From assembly GCA_003142795.1 (NCBI GenBank), contig PLNN01000019.1:51991-115990 (forward strand): a stretch of DNA of 64,000 nucleotides, written 5' to 3'. Made by a program: the position numbers and the translations under genes. This document shows, piece by piece, positions 50,001 through 56,510 of the stretch. Numbering within the stretch: position 1 is the first letter of the stretch; every line of letters starts with the position of its first letter. Under the pieces are notes generated by a model, which was not told where the DNA came from, did no database searches, and saw nothing but the letters and a program-made list of their open reading frames with translations. This stretch comes from Candidatus Omnitrophota bacterium (lineage in GTDB: Bacteria > Omnitrophota > Gorgyraeia > 2-01-FULL-45-10).

Positions 50001-50177
50001 ACGATGTCTTTCGAGGAATTGCAGAAGCTGGGAAGCGATTTCCTCGATGCGAATGGCATGCCTAGCCTGTTAGCGAAGATAGAACTGGTAAAACGGCTAT
50101 TGATAACGCTGCCTGCTAAACCATTCAATGCCGACGACGATCTTCACAGGCGCCGCGAAGTTCTCTGGAGCGTGTAA
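38001..50177 (+). CDS. ORF3: 4058-aa putatively exported multienzyme. Domains: IQDAH N-domain, sugar-1-P nucleotidyltransferase-like plus beta-helix, phosphohexomutase, transaldolase, cupin PGI-like, class I mannose-6-P isomerase, C-domain
   Basis: RBS plus signal-like KTISLFLLQAFLFYNTSFA. Motifs HNGGKAERF, FGTSGLR/TGSHIP/DGDSDR, TSNP/KIPAT/NVTLIF/FVSR, GAGHYQ and PLSVQLH/PHAYG. Confidence 0.93.
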   Translation: MVKPLSGFRNTIVCKTISLFLLQAFLFYNTSFASIDKAASQPLTKDVKFKQASIDDIGISKDIGTIKTKFKGSGEKLLIHIQDAHCNYEAQTNIAKILETLSKDYNINTISVEGADGFVDTAWFKSFPDADIRKEVADYFMKKGEITGAEFLSITKDYPIKLYGAEDRDLYIKNLNAFTQIYPHKQEIEKYLLGVKTILGKLKSYIYSKDLMSFDAVTEDYKDKKKTLSDYAKVLSIQLKRHNLDLKAYPDFSKLVYTLIYEDKIDFKVVDQERANLIDAISKAIPKDKLQDMVVKSFSFKTGKITASEYYEYLKTIAIDNNIDFMKLYPNLSNYVIYTKLYDKINTEHLFDEIDRIKIAVKDKLFENDDQRILSDAWDNVNILVGFINIKLSNKEYDYYKAHRDRFKVEFFSDFIKSKVGQYNLAYNIDEPTENVKTNIPQLETFYETASKRDKVLVDNTVGSMKKEKANVAVLITGGFHTTGISKILEGMNISYIVVCPTITKDVESPYIQVLTNQKTPFEEILTESATPTKKDSLLGPYLLARKIMMRLNGEKGAIKALQGAVNQAGGEADPVGAIQSWVAFYVDRYVAAIRSDERANNSTPQSLETLRNAFVLAFYNSLDTPRISPEEKKQFERETPPLIEVEFNKLINTQTASESAPTQQNIPTIVRKSPTDNSDELDKNGLRKPGDSRRDYQKPDSLIRNIGEGRAAAEKAIKNFDIQSDARKALIKIFVDSWTARGPEAFSKDLERFQADPLGFAQEQLQNTEKRLTAIRQNLDRVAYSPSSKKRPVAQDLKKDLESAIWLKNALTNFISELENKNTAGADHKNTVQSVSEARAAAEAAVAKAGHGNIKYYLEPVDRNPAYKFFIDYLVGKWNKNSSVEFTQALERLNAYPLDIFDEVQAAAKKNSADAIIKWTGVHKSTEPGKLPAPISPEEKNLHDAWERASAIEGQFNGYIHHLEQASWKRAPQSMPVRKGAGDKATDSGIYGMMELNDAEVAAMREIQRQSFVEGTYRIATAKELGFTELGDFRFVVHYGLEARIEKYNKEHGTNLKTDRIDAGTGGEEYGYGLRQAHISAYRFNSLIRTKSGKRVLEVIATHESLGHIAIANKEGGSAAYKMKLADPAMNEEDVVDFHVPGANTRCAYDWLPGNITIRQLLAQIDESRKNDELYQMEEGLLTDTAYGTAARDEIVRLRKEGKDYEAGEFAKLVYARRANIDRMKKVLTEPYKDYDVIIISSTTEAEAKDQEANLRKIFGGIKTSNNAMGNKVCVLSMLDTSEGNNLIGQNVTEAEAIEAFKKWATENGLPETDLTKLQAEKKVKVATYHNGGKAERFSPAGQALNLSRADQLLVGSVFDMNGKPIELNLLLTVILSTAFNAETNDGSMHDVYWANQAEVGAVLSVIRHGYVFNKFAVAVPANPSMKDLYDYGTLIATKDGRILKFLGNKKLTEKNSAGRYIPTSDPYWRAKYDELMEAAKEGRAYFDYGSFSMSLDMQNALLEYWRDVKKIFTVMQNDVNGRAGISREIDPQMTQNIVPIVNGVMGHEAELSQLPTITELDSAADKNAILHKAYLALLNIMAPEYKTILEGLYTKAKEDLVKKEKKEPGKKDNDQNLQAIYETIEFFIRYKDTVNLMKGFGIIDFGPGSHWFAYKRLLDMGNEKFFMLADMTGQSMELEPNGNDLRATATVQDKVKAEDARRLRSIPNSAVCVFEVNGQKVTLSAGQAAKGWEGHGVKVKGSIIQGNTVLLPGSEIVNSGVNNSQGRIAAANSYIDSSTAPKIEAKNSIVVNGVDGKLIIANSEIVTDAFRPVIHDDRFADGHTRMRAPVGYDPKPGDEALAAKMSDAVRFGDNKYSFEEIRNMSCDKDANKAIEKTARDSVHARLQMISERCKYCIDHFKLLKFGTSGLRDNDSALTDMEVYINVRGLVRYLTGINSRMDVPDHIKKLVYEGAIQKLSDIVLAGDLRPSTPRILKAVAVGIVAEGGAPVYIGKQPTPLQVLYSLKKSMAGFMTTGSHIPLGMNGLKGNRPNGELLKQEEKLILTEVAKVRNGEYLQTDAESMFDRNGFFRTDGKISGNQRNIISKAEEALDPENPNRREAEKLYEDRYLGGLGRCLEGVDVLFWQHSAVGRDIIPDIMRKMGANITTVAPLDVSKGEFCSLDTEDVKPQFKQLVKKLMQDNNKKVLITTDGDSDRPAVFILAKNPFKNGEEDVYYLTGDKLAIITALLLKPKFFAIPVTSNHIALQKLRDAVPGIKIELTDVGSPYIAEAMYANNEGDQANGCEVNGGYFIGSQVFRMPEETIAKIRALNRSSSSPLAEPTGEFSYLPSRDASIALISILLSAKLKNMTVEELIRDTFSGKYAAETSAGLVENVSDKQRTPGCEDYQKEMGPAIAKNLSPKNANILEVIFEGDEVRYVLKDDASGKKRDADKPLKAEALAIKSRLEARLKTIAGLQGQNIVQINFKNGVRVFWSNRETIHLRASSNAAQFRGYTLAPGEMFDPRPEQMVEEMTAPSTGPLVKIIQDYINETTGKAVSTAAASASSSRKSPGRFATSADAPQGGHLRELVAIGTKYSLDSVDPDLIDREIANGATSATSNPIIISNLVKKVLANIEKNGGPQTEFEKGIYSILAKSPNEEVATREATKFIIGFVAAKFRPVYDRTSKNDGYVSIEVDPRLEDTKEGPYATWTHEERVAEVKRQAVEFSKIAPNILIKIPATKAGLDALEDLAYQGINLNVTLIFTPEQAYAARENVWKGLQRRKAEGKSLDIKSVYSIFVSRTDDYTAKKAPDLPSNVQGEIGIYIAKLIYLQNKEFWQDKGLSLSQEMIFASTGSKSKLVAGIKTEADVLKLVELATSGSKEAEDAMNALKEMCRYVYELAGDDIQTNPPLTAFAVNVAPFAITEKRVGALPASEVRKIMIQYLDSHMQELYEALMTDGIAKFVNPQVELVKNVAAAMAKIPRSPAATPENIVKTLVDNRNPQAAVAGIFDNRQESEYLPALSAVANELNKRYATLTSDQRDELWPVLEEFYSTLTRRAWSTVNDVNIARGLQIMTGNTIAIQNLIEIGLSGAKSIQLTDKADEMLKAEDKDRGPSYIKAFSIPKSIGIAESEGRPGVYWRGAEGITKLGPNGENILPWAAYAANQHDEYKKFIGYTMLHVSDFHVTVFVNQFLPNSIQYTSTGAGHYQGDKLDVKVVTRGALRQMQDVYNATGNRTTTTAQDAGKGRWVFASPRTVDYTVPLRPITVFNDESILPLGTNMRAIGPETVQVAPYATIDFNGKPVLVKAVSDAPVLTQLESYPDRSAVLTRAPVQIAESERVTVLDANTVTAIGRLNDLIESGHPLNITSTYNLGKNGYKWGEPAGVSFIIGLESNTLPAVLQEAISTKDRVAERLIAAGVIDLGEGYSLPTSVLSSYFGQEPEITTKVLASAMPLSVQLHTFAEMIIPLEKGTAWIGVKENVTAEQLIEAAKEGRIQDVLQEVELETGVPMIVPAYLPHAYGKVRVYEVKAVTPQEDATGTTSFFDRLKYLSPEFEAQLKALNITSLQMTPEQLRQLNPGREKKDVLTMPEATLAETKKRLAEAESSGALNKTNIENLKFTPVIVSAPSMKNTEEARLEVMGVAEGRFITVRYTVAENQSIQSGPILSGRKHTLFVSEGEIELNTDQGVTTTLKRGQDITVTPNMQYYTIRSLKGTAVIYTQVPPKKELPATETARLAAQINNNQKSLKAAVSKGREVILAPNDRTSERLSVTSSAKQDIPQAKEKEVALSLEDGKAAIVKENGDTVELKPGNPIIVPAGMPLSIQSPVVAIVKIAYTESREESASFTSINVTKRNLAAITATGKIDLLVNDSLYQKDGDYANSVAKEQEFWKGLNVDVVLVKYSDELGLSDAADKSIRNGAIPILVGTAENFQKADVSDPKIAKLLLKAKILPPIDLAKIEGRRGWFFTREIEASAILLAATTVQNIRDHDPIAEDLQKLMQKFGLPIDDINQLLCTMSFEELQKLGSDFLDANGMPSLLAKIELVKRLLITLPAKPFNADDDLHRRREVLWSV

Positions 50178-50196
50178 TCTATACGAGGTTATAACT

Positions 50197-52446
50197 ATGA
50201 GTAAGACAATTAAGAGGGCGCTCGGCGCCCTCTTAATTTTAGTGTTTGCCGTCCAGACCTGCTATTGCGGGGATATTTCATCCGCTCCCTCAAAAGCACG
50301 CACAGACAAACTTGCCCCGAAAACCCTTTTCCAGAAAGCGTTCGCTCCCGAAAATTCCGAAGAATTCAGGAATTCCATCCTATCCGATGTCCGTTTGCTG
50401 ACACTCTCATTTTCTATCGCATTTCATTTTCTGGAAGACCGTCCCAACTACCCGAATTTAAAAGGCCCCCACGACCTTAATACTATCGTAAGAAATGAAT
50501 TCAGGAATGACAAGTCTCTTATAGATACTTTGGACAACAACATCAATCTTGCCGGTGTTCGCCACGAAGACGGCATAGTCTATGTCCCGGTTAAACGGGA
50601 CGGCAAAAATTACGAAGTCAAAATATGCACGAAGAAGGCATTCGACTCGCTCGGCTCAATAGAATCCCAGTGGTGCGTCTCGCCGCGTTTCGTAATACAG
50701 GCAGTTGAGATAAAAGCGAATCGAGACAAAAGGCGCGAGGCGCTGAGCGGCAATGATGCGGCAGTCCTCGCAAAATTCGAAGAGACGATAAGAAGGTTAG
50801 TCGGTGAAGGCAGGACAATAATCTGGTTTTCCGACATGGATGGGACGTTTACGGCTTCCGGCGGCAAGGCCGCCGATCGAGCCGTGCGAAACGTGCGGTG
50901 TATAACCACGCATAAAAATGATTTTTTTGTTGTCATAACGGGCGTTGGTTCCAACGCTTTGCGCCGACAGATACTCGACTTAAGCCAAAGGGAAGCAATG
51001 TCGGCAGACTCTGAAAGGGATTTGAGAAATCTGTTCGGCGCGTCGAATAACGGTTCCGAAATATATGTCTATAGCCTGAAAAACCACACTTTTGTGCGGG
51101 AATCATATGTGAATATAAAAGATTTTCTCGGGGGTAAATATCTGGAGCTTATAAATGCCCTCAACAGGTGCATACTTGGGATGAAGATGCAAAAGATGCT
51201 TAAAGACGTGACGGGTCAAGACGATTTTAGAGGGAGTCCGATCGACGCACGGCCAAGCCCGGAATACCCGTCTCAGATATCGTTAATGGTCCTGGGCAGT
51301 AAGGCGACGGATGAGGACAAGGATCATTTCGAAAAAGCGGAGAAAGATCCGAAGTCGCCGTATTACGAGGTGAGGGAGAGGGTCTATCTGCCTTTTCTTA
51401 AAGAAATGCTGCGCTCCTTAGGGATAAATGTCGAAGTGAGGGTATCCGGCAAGAGCTCCCTCGATATCACGGTCATCAACAAGGCGGATGCCATCCGGAT
51501 GATACTTTACAGGCTTAAAAAAGTCGGCAGGCTGCCAAAGAAAGAGGCGCCCGTAATCATCTTCTCCGGCGACGCCTTCGGCGCCAACGAGAACGATGAG
51601 CCGGCAATCGATGTAGCGGACATCGTCATAAACGTCGGCAAAGATATCCCGCGCGCAAGATTCGAAGGCAGGGAATATTTCTCTCTTCCCGATACCAACC
51701 AGGACGGCCTTAATAAGTTTTTAGAAGCATACATCATGGCGAAATTCCCGAATCCATCCATGAGCGACAACGAGCCACTCATCGGTAACGGCTTTAACTC
51801 TGAGGACATGGCAAGAGACGAAATAATAAAGACATCGGAAGAAAAAAGGATGGAACGCATCCATGATATCCACATGAGTCTCTATCCTGGCGTTCCCGAA
51901 GGCAAAACCCTTTATCGCGTAATGCAGGTCGAACATGTCCCGATTTCGATGCGCGCGAAACTTATCCCGGCCATTTCCAGATTGAATAGGGAACATCCGG
52001 AGTTGCAGGAAAAGATAGAGATAGTGGAAGGGAAAGATATTATCGGCAGGGTAAAAGAACTTATAAATGACCCGAACAATATAGTGATGGTCGCCGTAGC
52101 GGACGAGCAATATTTAAAGGACCTTCCCGAGCTTCCGGATACGAAGGATAAGGAAAAAAGCAGGTTAAGGGCGCTTGTTTTCCGGGGAGATGCCCAACTG
52201 GAATGTGTCCTAGCCGCGCTGAGGGCTCTTTATCTGGATGATATCGGCGCATTAAGGGAACTTTATGAGTTGGCGTCAGGCAATAAATTGGCAGCGAGCG
52301 ACCAGGAGATTATCAACGCTATAAACAATCCTCGGGAACTTGCCCGTAAGATCATATTCAATTTTAAGCCTATCCGCGTAGAGACACAGGACATGCAGGA
52401 GAGGCTTGACAGAAGGCTCGTCGAGCTGATCCGCGAGGCGGCATAA
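50197..52446 (+). CDS. ORF4: signal-peptide-bearing HAD-IIB (phosphomannomutase-like) phosphatase/mutase with a C-domain related to that of ORF3
   Basis: ATG at 50197 follows GAGG (50185-50188) and begins MSKTIKRALGALLILVFAVQTCYC. Motifs FSDMDGT, VITG, NKADA and FSGD....ND. Confidence 0.88.
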   Translation: MSKTIKRALGALLILVFAVQTCYCGDISSAPSKARTDKLAPKTLFQKAFAPENSEEFRNSILSDVRLLTLSFSIAFHFLEDRPNYPNLKGPHDLNTIVRNEFRNDKSLIDTLDNNINLAGVRHEDGIVYVPVKRDGKNYEVKICTKKAFDSLGSIESQWCVSPRFVIQAVEIKANRDKRREALSGNDAAVLAKFEETIRRLVGEGRTIIWFSDMDGTFTASGGKAADRAVRNVRCITTHKNDFFVVITGVGSNALRRQILDLSQREAMSADSERDLRNLFGASNNGSEIYVYSLKNHTFVRESYVNIKDFLGGKYLELINALNRCILGMKMQKMLKDVTGQDDFRGSPIDARPSPEYPSQISLMVLGSKATDEDKDHFEKAEKDPKSPYYEVRERVYLPFLKEMLRSLGINVEVRVSGKSSLDITVINKADAIRMILYRLKKVGRLPKKEAPVIIFSGDAFGANENDEPAIDVADIVINVGKDIPRARFEGREYFSLPDTNQDGLNKFLEAYIMAKFPNPSMSDNEPLIGNGFNSEDMARDEIIKTSEEKRMERIHDIHMSLYPGVPEGKTLYRVMQVEHVPISMRAKLIPAISRLNREHPELQEKIEIVEGKDIIGRVKELINDPNNIVMVAVADEQYLKDLPELPDTKDKEKSRLRALVFRGDAQLECVLAALRALYLDDIGALRELYELASGNKLAASDQEIINAINNPRELARKIIFNFKPIRVETQDMQERLDRRLVELIREAA

Positions 52447-52460
52447 GGTCCTTTTTGCCC

Positions 52461-52489
52461 TTGACGGAATAAATGCTGTATGATAACCT
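52461..52489 (+). promoter_or_regulatory. Probable sigma70 promoter
   Basis: TTGACG, 17 nt, then TAACCT with an extended TG. Confidence 0.55.
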
Positions 52490-52500
52490 AATCTTCCATT

Positions 52501-53529
52501 ATGAAGACACTCAGATCTGGCATCATTGGATGCGGCACCATCTTTCCGATGCACGCCCAATCGATCAAGAATATAAAAGAAGCACGGCTTGTCGCCGTAT
52601 GCGACATTAAAAAAGACCGCGCAAGGGATAAAGCTAAAAAGTATGCCTGCGCCGGTTATACCGATTACAAAAAGATGTTCGCCGAAACACATCTCGACGT
52701 AGTCCATATCTGCACTCCTCATTACCTTCACATGCCGATGATCATCGAAGCGGCCAAACGGAAAATAAACGTAATAAGCGAAAAGCCGATGGCCCTCAAC
52801 CCGGAACAGGCCAAAAAAGAGATCGCGGCAGCAAAAAAGAATAAAATTACTTTTGGTGTAATATTCCAGAACAGGTTCAATCCCGGCTCGCAGCTTGTAA
52901 AAAGCAGGATAGACGACAAAAGTCTTGGTAAATTAAAAGCCGCGAAACTCGTTCTCACATATCATAAACCGGACAGTTATTATAAGAAGAGCGACTGGAA
53001 GGGCAGGCTCAACAAAGAGGGCGGCGGCGTAGTAATTGACCAGGCCATTCATTACCTGGATATAGTCCGATGGCTTATCCCAAGCCCCATCGGCTATGTC
53101 GAAGCGAAATGCTCGAACCGCATGCACACATTTACGGATGTCGAAGACTCAGCCGAGGGCATAGTTAAATTCAAGAACGGATTTTACCTGTGTTTCTACC
53201 TGATCAATTGTTATTCATTCGATGACGATCCTTTTATCGACATCGATTGCGAAAAGGCAAGGGTTCACATAGTCAAAGACTCGGCTTACATAGGATACAA
53301 GAACGGCAGGAACGAGAAGGCTGAGCCCGGAGCGGATGAATATATAGATTATGGCGACGGAGTAAGGGATTACTGGGGTTATTGCCACTTTAACGAGATA
53401 CGCGAGTTCTATCGCTCATTGGCTGCAGGTAAGAAGCCCGCCGTAACCGCGGAAGACGCTAAAAAGACACAGGACCTCATATGGGCTATATATGAATCGT
53501 CCAAACGCGGCAAAAAAATATATCTATAA
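52501..53529 (+). CDS. Gfo/Idh/MocA family NAD(P)-dependent oxidoreductase
   Basis: GIIGCG, ICTPHYLH, EKP and GGGVVIDQAIHYLD. Confidence 0.95.
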   Translation: MKTLRSGIIGCGTIFPMHAQSIKNIKEARLVAVCDIKKDRARDKAKKYACAGYTDYKKMFAETHLDVVHICTPHYLHMPMIIEAAKRKINVISEKPMALNPEQAKKEIAAAKKNKITFGVIFQNRFNPGSQLVKSRIDDKSLGKLKAAKLVLTYHKPDSYYKKSDWKGRLNKEGGGVVIDQAIHYLDIVRWLIPSPIGYVEAKCSNRMHTFTDVEDSAEGIVKFKNGFYLCFYLINCYSFDDDPFIDIDCEKARVHIVKDSAYIGYKNGRNEKAEPGADEYIDYGDGVRDYWGYCHFNEIREFYRSLAAGKKPAVTAEDAKKTQDLIWAIYESSKRGKKIYL

Positions 53530-53538
53530 AATAAGATT

Positions 53539-53576
53539 TTGATTTTTTAGTATGATTTTAGTATAATAATCATACT
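53539..53576 (+). promoter_or_regulatory. Sigma70 promoter overlapped by an inverted repeat (putative operator)
   Basis: TTGATT, 17 nt, then TATAAT (53562-53567). AGTATGATT-N10-AATCATACT spans 53549-53576. Confidence 0.65.
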
Positions 53577-53618
53577 TTTTGTTAGATTAGAACCAAAATT
53601 TTAGAAAGGGAAACAGCA

Positions 53619-54656
53619 ATGGCAGTAAGGATCGGAATTATCGGCTGCGGGAAGATAGCTGATAGGGCAAGTTTACCGAATCTGGTGAACTATAGGGGGA
53701 AAGCGGAAGTAAAGGTATTGTGTGATGTCGATGTGTCAAAAGCTAAGGCTCTGAAAGATAAATTCGAACTATGCGGCGCCGATGTGGTAAAGGACTGGAA
53801 GAAGCTCATTACCAGAAAAGACATCGACGCTGTTTTTGTCGATACTCCAAATTATTTACATGAGGAGATGACGGTAGGGGCCGCGGAAAATAAGAAGCAT
53901 ATCCTTGTGGAAAAACCTATAGCTATAACGGTCAAGAGTGCCGATAAAATGATAAAAGCCGCCAAATCTAACGGCGTCTATCTTATGGTCGAGCAGACGC
54001 ACAGGTTCAATCCCATTCATCAGGCGGCGAAGAAGGTCCTTGAATCGGGGATGCTCGGGAAGATACATAATATAAGAGGCAGGATCGGGCATGCCGGCCC
54101 GGAATACTGGTCTGAGGGCAAGGCTCACTGGTTCTACGACAAGAAGAGATCCGGCGGCGGCGCCATGGTAGATATAGGCGTGCACATCACAGACCTCATC
54201 AGATGGTTCGCGGCTAAGCCGATCACTGAAGTATTTGCTACGATAAGGACTATCGAAAAGGGCGTAAAGGTTGACGACAACGCGACGGTACTATTAAAAT
54301 TCGAGGACGGCTCAAAGGGCGAGATAGAATGCAGCTGGACGACAAGGCCGTATGAGGTCATGACGTTCGCTTACGGCACAAAAGGCAAGATGATGACAAA
54401 CCTCGGCGCTGATAAACCGATCAAAGTGGTCATAGCCAATACGAATAAAGGTGAAGATCCGAACTGTACCCTCGAAGAATTATATCCTGAGGTCGGACCG
54501 GGCGGCGACTGGGAAAATTCAGTCCATTACTTTGTAGATTGCCTGGTTAAGGGCGAGCGGCCATCCGTTTCGGGCGAAGAAGGCCGTGAGACGATCCGCA
54601 TTATCAGCTCAGCGTATGAGTCGAATGAATCGGGAAAGTGGGTAAAAATAAAATGA
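53619..54656 (+). CDS. Gfo/Idh/MocA family oxidoreductase
   Basis: GIIGCG, TPNYLH, VEKP and GGGAMVDIGVH. Confidence 0.95.
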   Translation: MAVRIGIIGCGKIADRASLPNLVNYRGKAEVKVLCDVDVSKAKALKDKFELCGADVVKDWKKLITRKDIDAVFVDTPNYLHEEMTVGAAENKKHILVEKPIAITVKSADKMIKAAKSNGVYLMVEQTHRFNPIHQAAKKVLESGMLGKIHNIRGRIGHAGPEYWSEGKAHWFYDKKRSGGGAMVDIGVHITDLIRWFAAKPITEVFATIRTIEKGVKVDDNATVLLKFEDGSKGEIECSWTTRPYEVMTFAYGTKGKMMTNLGADKPIKVVIANTNKGEDPNCTLEELYPEVGPGGDWENSVHYFVDCLVKGERPSVSGEEGRETIRIISSAYESNESGKWVKIK

Positions 54657-55468
54657 AGCTCGGGCTTTGCACTTGGTCATACAACAGGACATTTGCCGCA
54701 AGAAAAATGGACCTGGAAAAACTGATGCACGTATGCGCGGATGATCTGAAAGTGGGCGGCATGGATATAATCGACGTTCATTTTAAGTCAGGTGACCCCG
54801 CCGTTCTTTTGAAAGACATGGATTATCTCTTAAAGATAAAAAGATTAGCGACGGACCTCGCGATAACGATATCGGCAGTCTCGCCTGGAAACAGCTTTGG
54901 CAAGGATAAGGAGTCCGATGAGAAGGCGGAAGTAGAAAAGATAAACAAATGGACCGATGTGGCCTATGTCCTCGGCTCGCCGAACTTAAGGATATTCGCA
55001 GGATGGGCGCCAAAAGAGAGACACGAAGAGCTTTGGCCGAAGGTCGTGAAGAGCATTAAAGAGTGCGCCGCTTATTCGGCGAAAAAAGGCATTACGCTCG
55101 CGATCGAATCTCACAACGGCGGCGGATACCTTCCGACGTCGATAGAGACTCACAAGCTGCTCAATGACGTGAATTCTCCCTGGGTTAAGCTGAATCTTGA
55201 TACAGGAAATTACCAGGACCCGGATATGTATGACGCCCTGAAAAGATCCATGCCTTATACAACACACATGCACTGCAAGATCCATGAGCTTTCGAAAGAT
55301 GGCAAAGAGCTGCAGTTCGATTTCGATAAGATATTCAAGATACTAAAGGAAACAAATTACCGCGGTTTCTTCAACGTAGAATACGAAGGCAAGGAAGAAG
55401 AATTGTCCTATGTTCCGATCGCGTTCGCGATGGTGCGGCAGTTCATGAAAAAATACGAGGTATTCTGA
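54653..55468 (+). CDS. Sugar phosphate isomerase/epimerase (xylose-isomerase-like TIM barrel)
   Basis: ATGA overlap with the upstream stop. Metal ligands in IESH, LDTGN, HMHCK and VEYE. Confidence 0.92.
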   Translation: MKLGLCTWSYNRTFAARKMDLEKLMHVCADDLKVGGMDIIDVHFKSGDPAVLLKDMDYLLKIKRLATDLAITISAVSPGNSFGKDKESDEKAEVEKINKWTDVAYVLGSPNLRIFAGWAPKERHEELWPKVVKSIKECAAYSAKKGITLAIESHNGGGYLPTSIETHKLLNDVNSPWVKLNLDTGNYQDPDMYDALKRSMPYTTHMHCKIHELSKDGKELQFDFDKIFKILKETNYRGFFNVEYEGKEEELSYVPIAFAMVRQFMKKYEVF

Positions 55469-55499
55469 GATATAGGGACCGGTAGCCAGAGGATAACGG

Positions 55500-56411
55500 A
55501 TGAAAAAAAAGCGCGGATTTTTCGCAAAGCTTAACGAGCAGAAGTGGTCATTCCTTTTTATAGCGCCCGCCGTGCTTCTGTTCGTCATATTCGTATTGGG
55601 CCCATTGGTCGCTTCCCTGTACTGGTCATTCACGGAATATAACGGCATCACCGCTCCGAAATGGGTAGGCCTGGCCAATTACAAGAACATATTCTTTAAC
55701 GATCCGCGTTTTTGGACGTCCATCCGGAATACGGTATTTTACACCGTAGGCATAATTCCAGCGGGAGTTATCTTATCACTGCTCCTGGCAATGGCCATTG
55801 ACCAGCGCATAAGGTTCAAGAATTTTTTCATGGTCATATATTTCATCCCGTCGGTAACATCGGTCATAGCGCTCTCAGTAATATGGAAATGGCTCTTCGC
55901 CGGAGAGAAATACGGGCTCATCAATTACTTTTTGATATCGATCGGCCTGAAGCCGATAGACTGGCTGATGAGTCCTATCTGGACGCTGCCCGCTATCATT
56001 ATAATGTCGATCTGGGCCGGCATAGGATACAACATGATACTCTTCCTGGCGGGCCTGCAGACCATTCCCACGAGTGTATATGAGGCGGCCGACATTGACG
56101 GCGCGAATACCTGGGAGAAATTCTGCAACATAACGCTCCCTCTCTTAAAGCCGACGATGGTCTTTGTAGTCATAATGGGCTTCATAGCGTCATTCCAGGT
56201 CTTTGAACGTATATATATAATGACCGAATCGGAATTCGGCATAGGAGGCGTGCTCGATTCCGCGCTCACGGTAGTCGCGTACTTGTACGACATGGGCTTC
56301 AGGAAACTCCAGATGGGCTATGCCTCGGCGCTCGGTTACATAATCTTCATGGTAATATTCGTGATCACATTGATAAACCTGAGATTCATAAAGGCAAAGG
56401 TCGACTATTAG
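55500..56411 (+). CDS. Carbohydrate ABC transporter permease (MalF/UgpA-like)
   Basis: WVGLANY, EAA loop YEAADIDGA and ITLPLLKP. Confidence 0.96.
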   Translation: MKKKRGFFAKLNEQKWSFLFIAPAVLLFVIFVLGPLVASLYWSFTEYNGITAPKWVGLANYKNIFFNDPRFWTSIRNTVFYTVGIIPAGVILSLLLAMAIDQRIRFKNFFMVIYFIPSVTSVIALSVIWKWLFAGEKYGLINYFLISIGLKPIDWLMSPIWTLPAIIIMSIWAGIGYNMILFLAGLQTIPTSVYEAADIDGANTWEKFCNITLPLLKPTMVFVVIMGFIASFQVFERIYIMTESEFGIGGVLDSALTVVAYLYDMGFRKLQMGYASALGYIIFMVIFVITLINLRFIKAKVDY

Positions 56412-56423
56412 TAAGCCCCTTCA

Positions 56424-56452
56424 TTGACAGGCAGTTATGGAAGTGCTATAAT
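56424..56452 (+). promoter_or_regulatory. Perfect consensus sigma70 promoter for the GH130 cassette
   Basis: TTGACA (56424-56429), 17 nt, then TATAAT (56447-56452) with an extended TG. Confidence 0.88.
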
Positions 56453-56510
56453 TTCCATCTATTTATATAAAATATAACTGATAAACAATACACACAAAGA
56501 GAGGAAAATA

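Noticed and set aside
50128-50196. ORF4 start at 50128, or a frameshift fusion of ORF3 and ORF4
   Set aside because: ATG 50197 has an RBS and a signal peptide, and ORF3 ends in its own C-terminal motif.
54638-54652. GTG start of the isomerase at 54638
   Set aside because: ATG 54653 gives a typical ATGA coupling and a family-like MKLG start.
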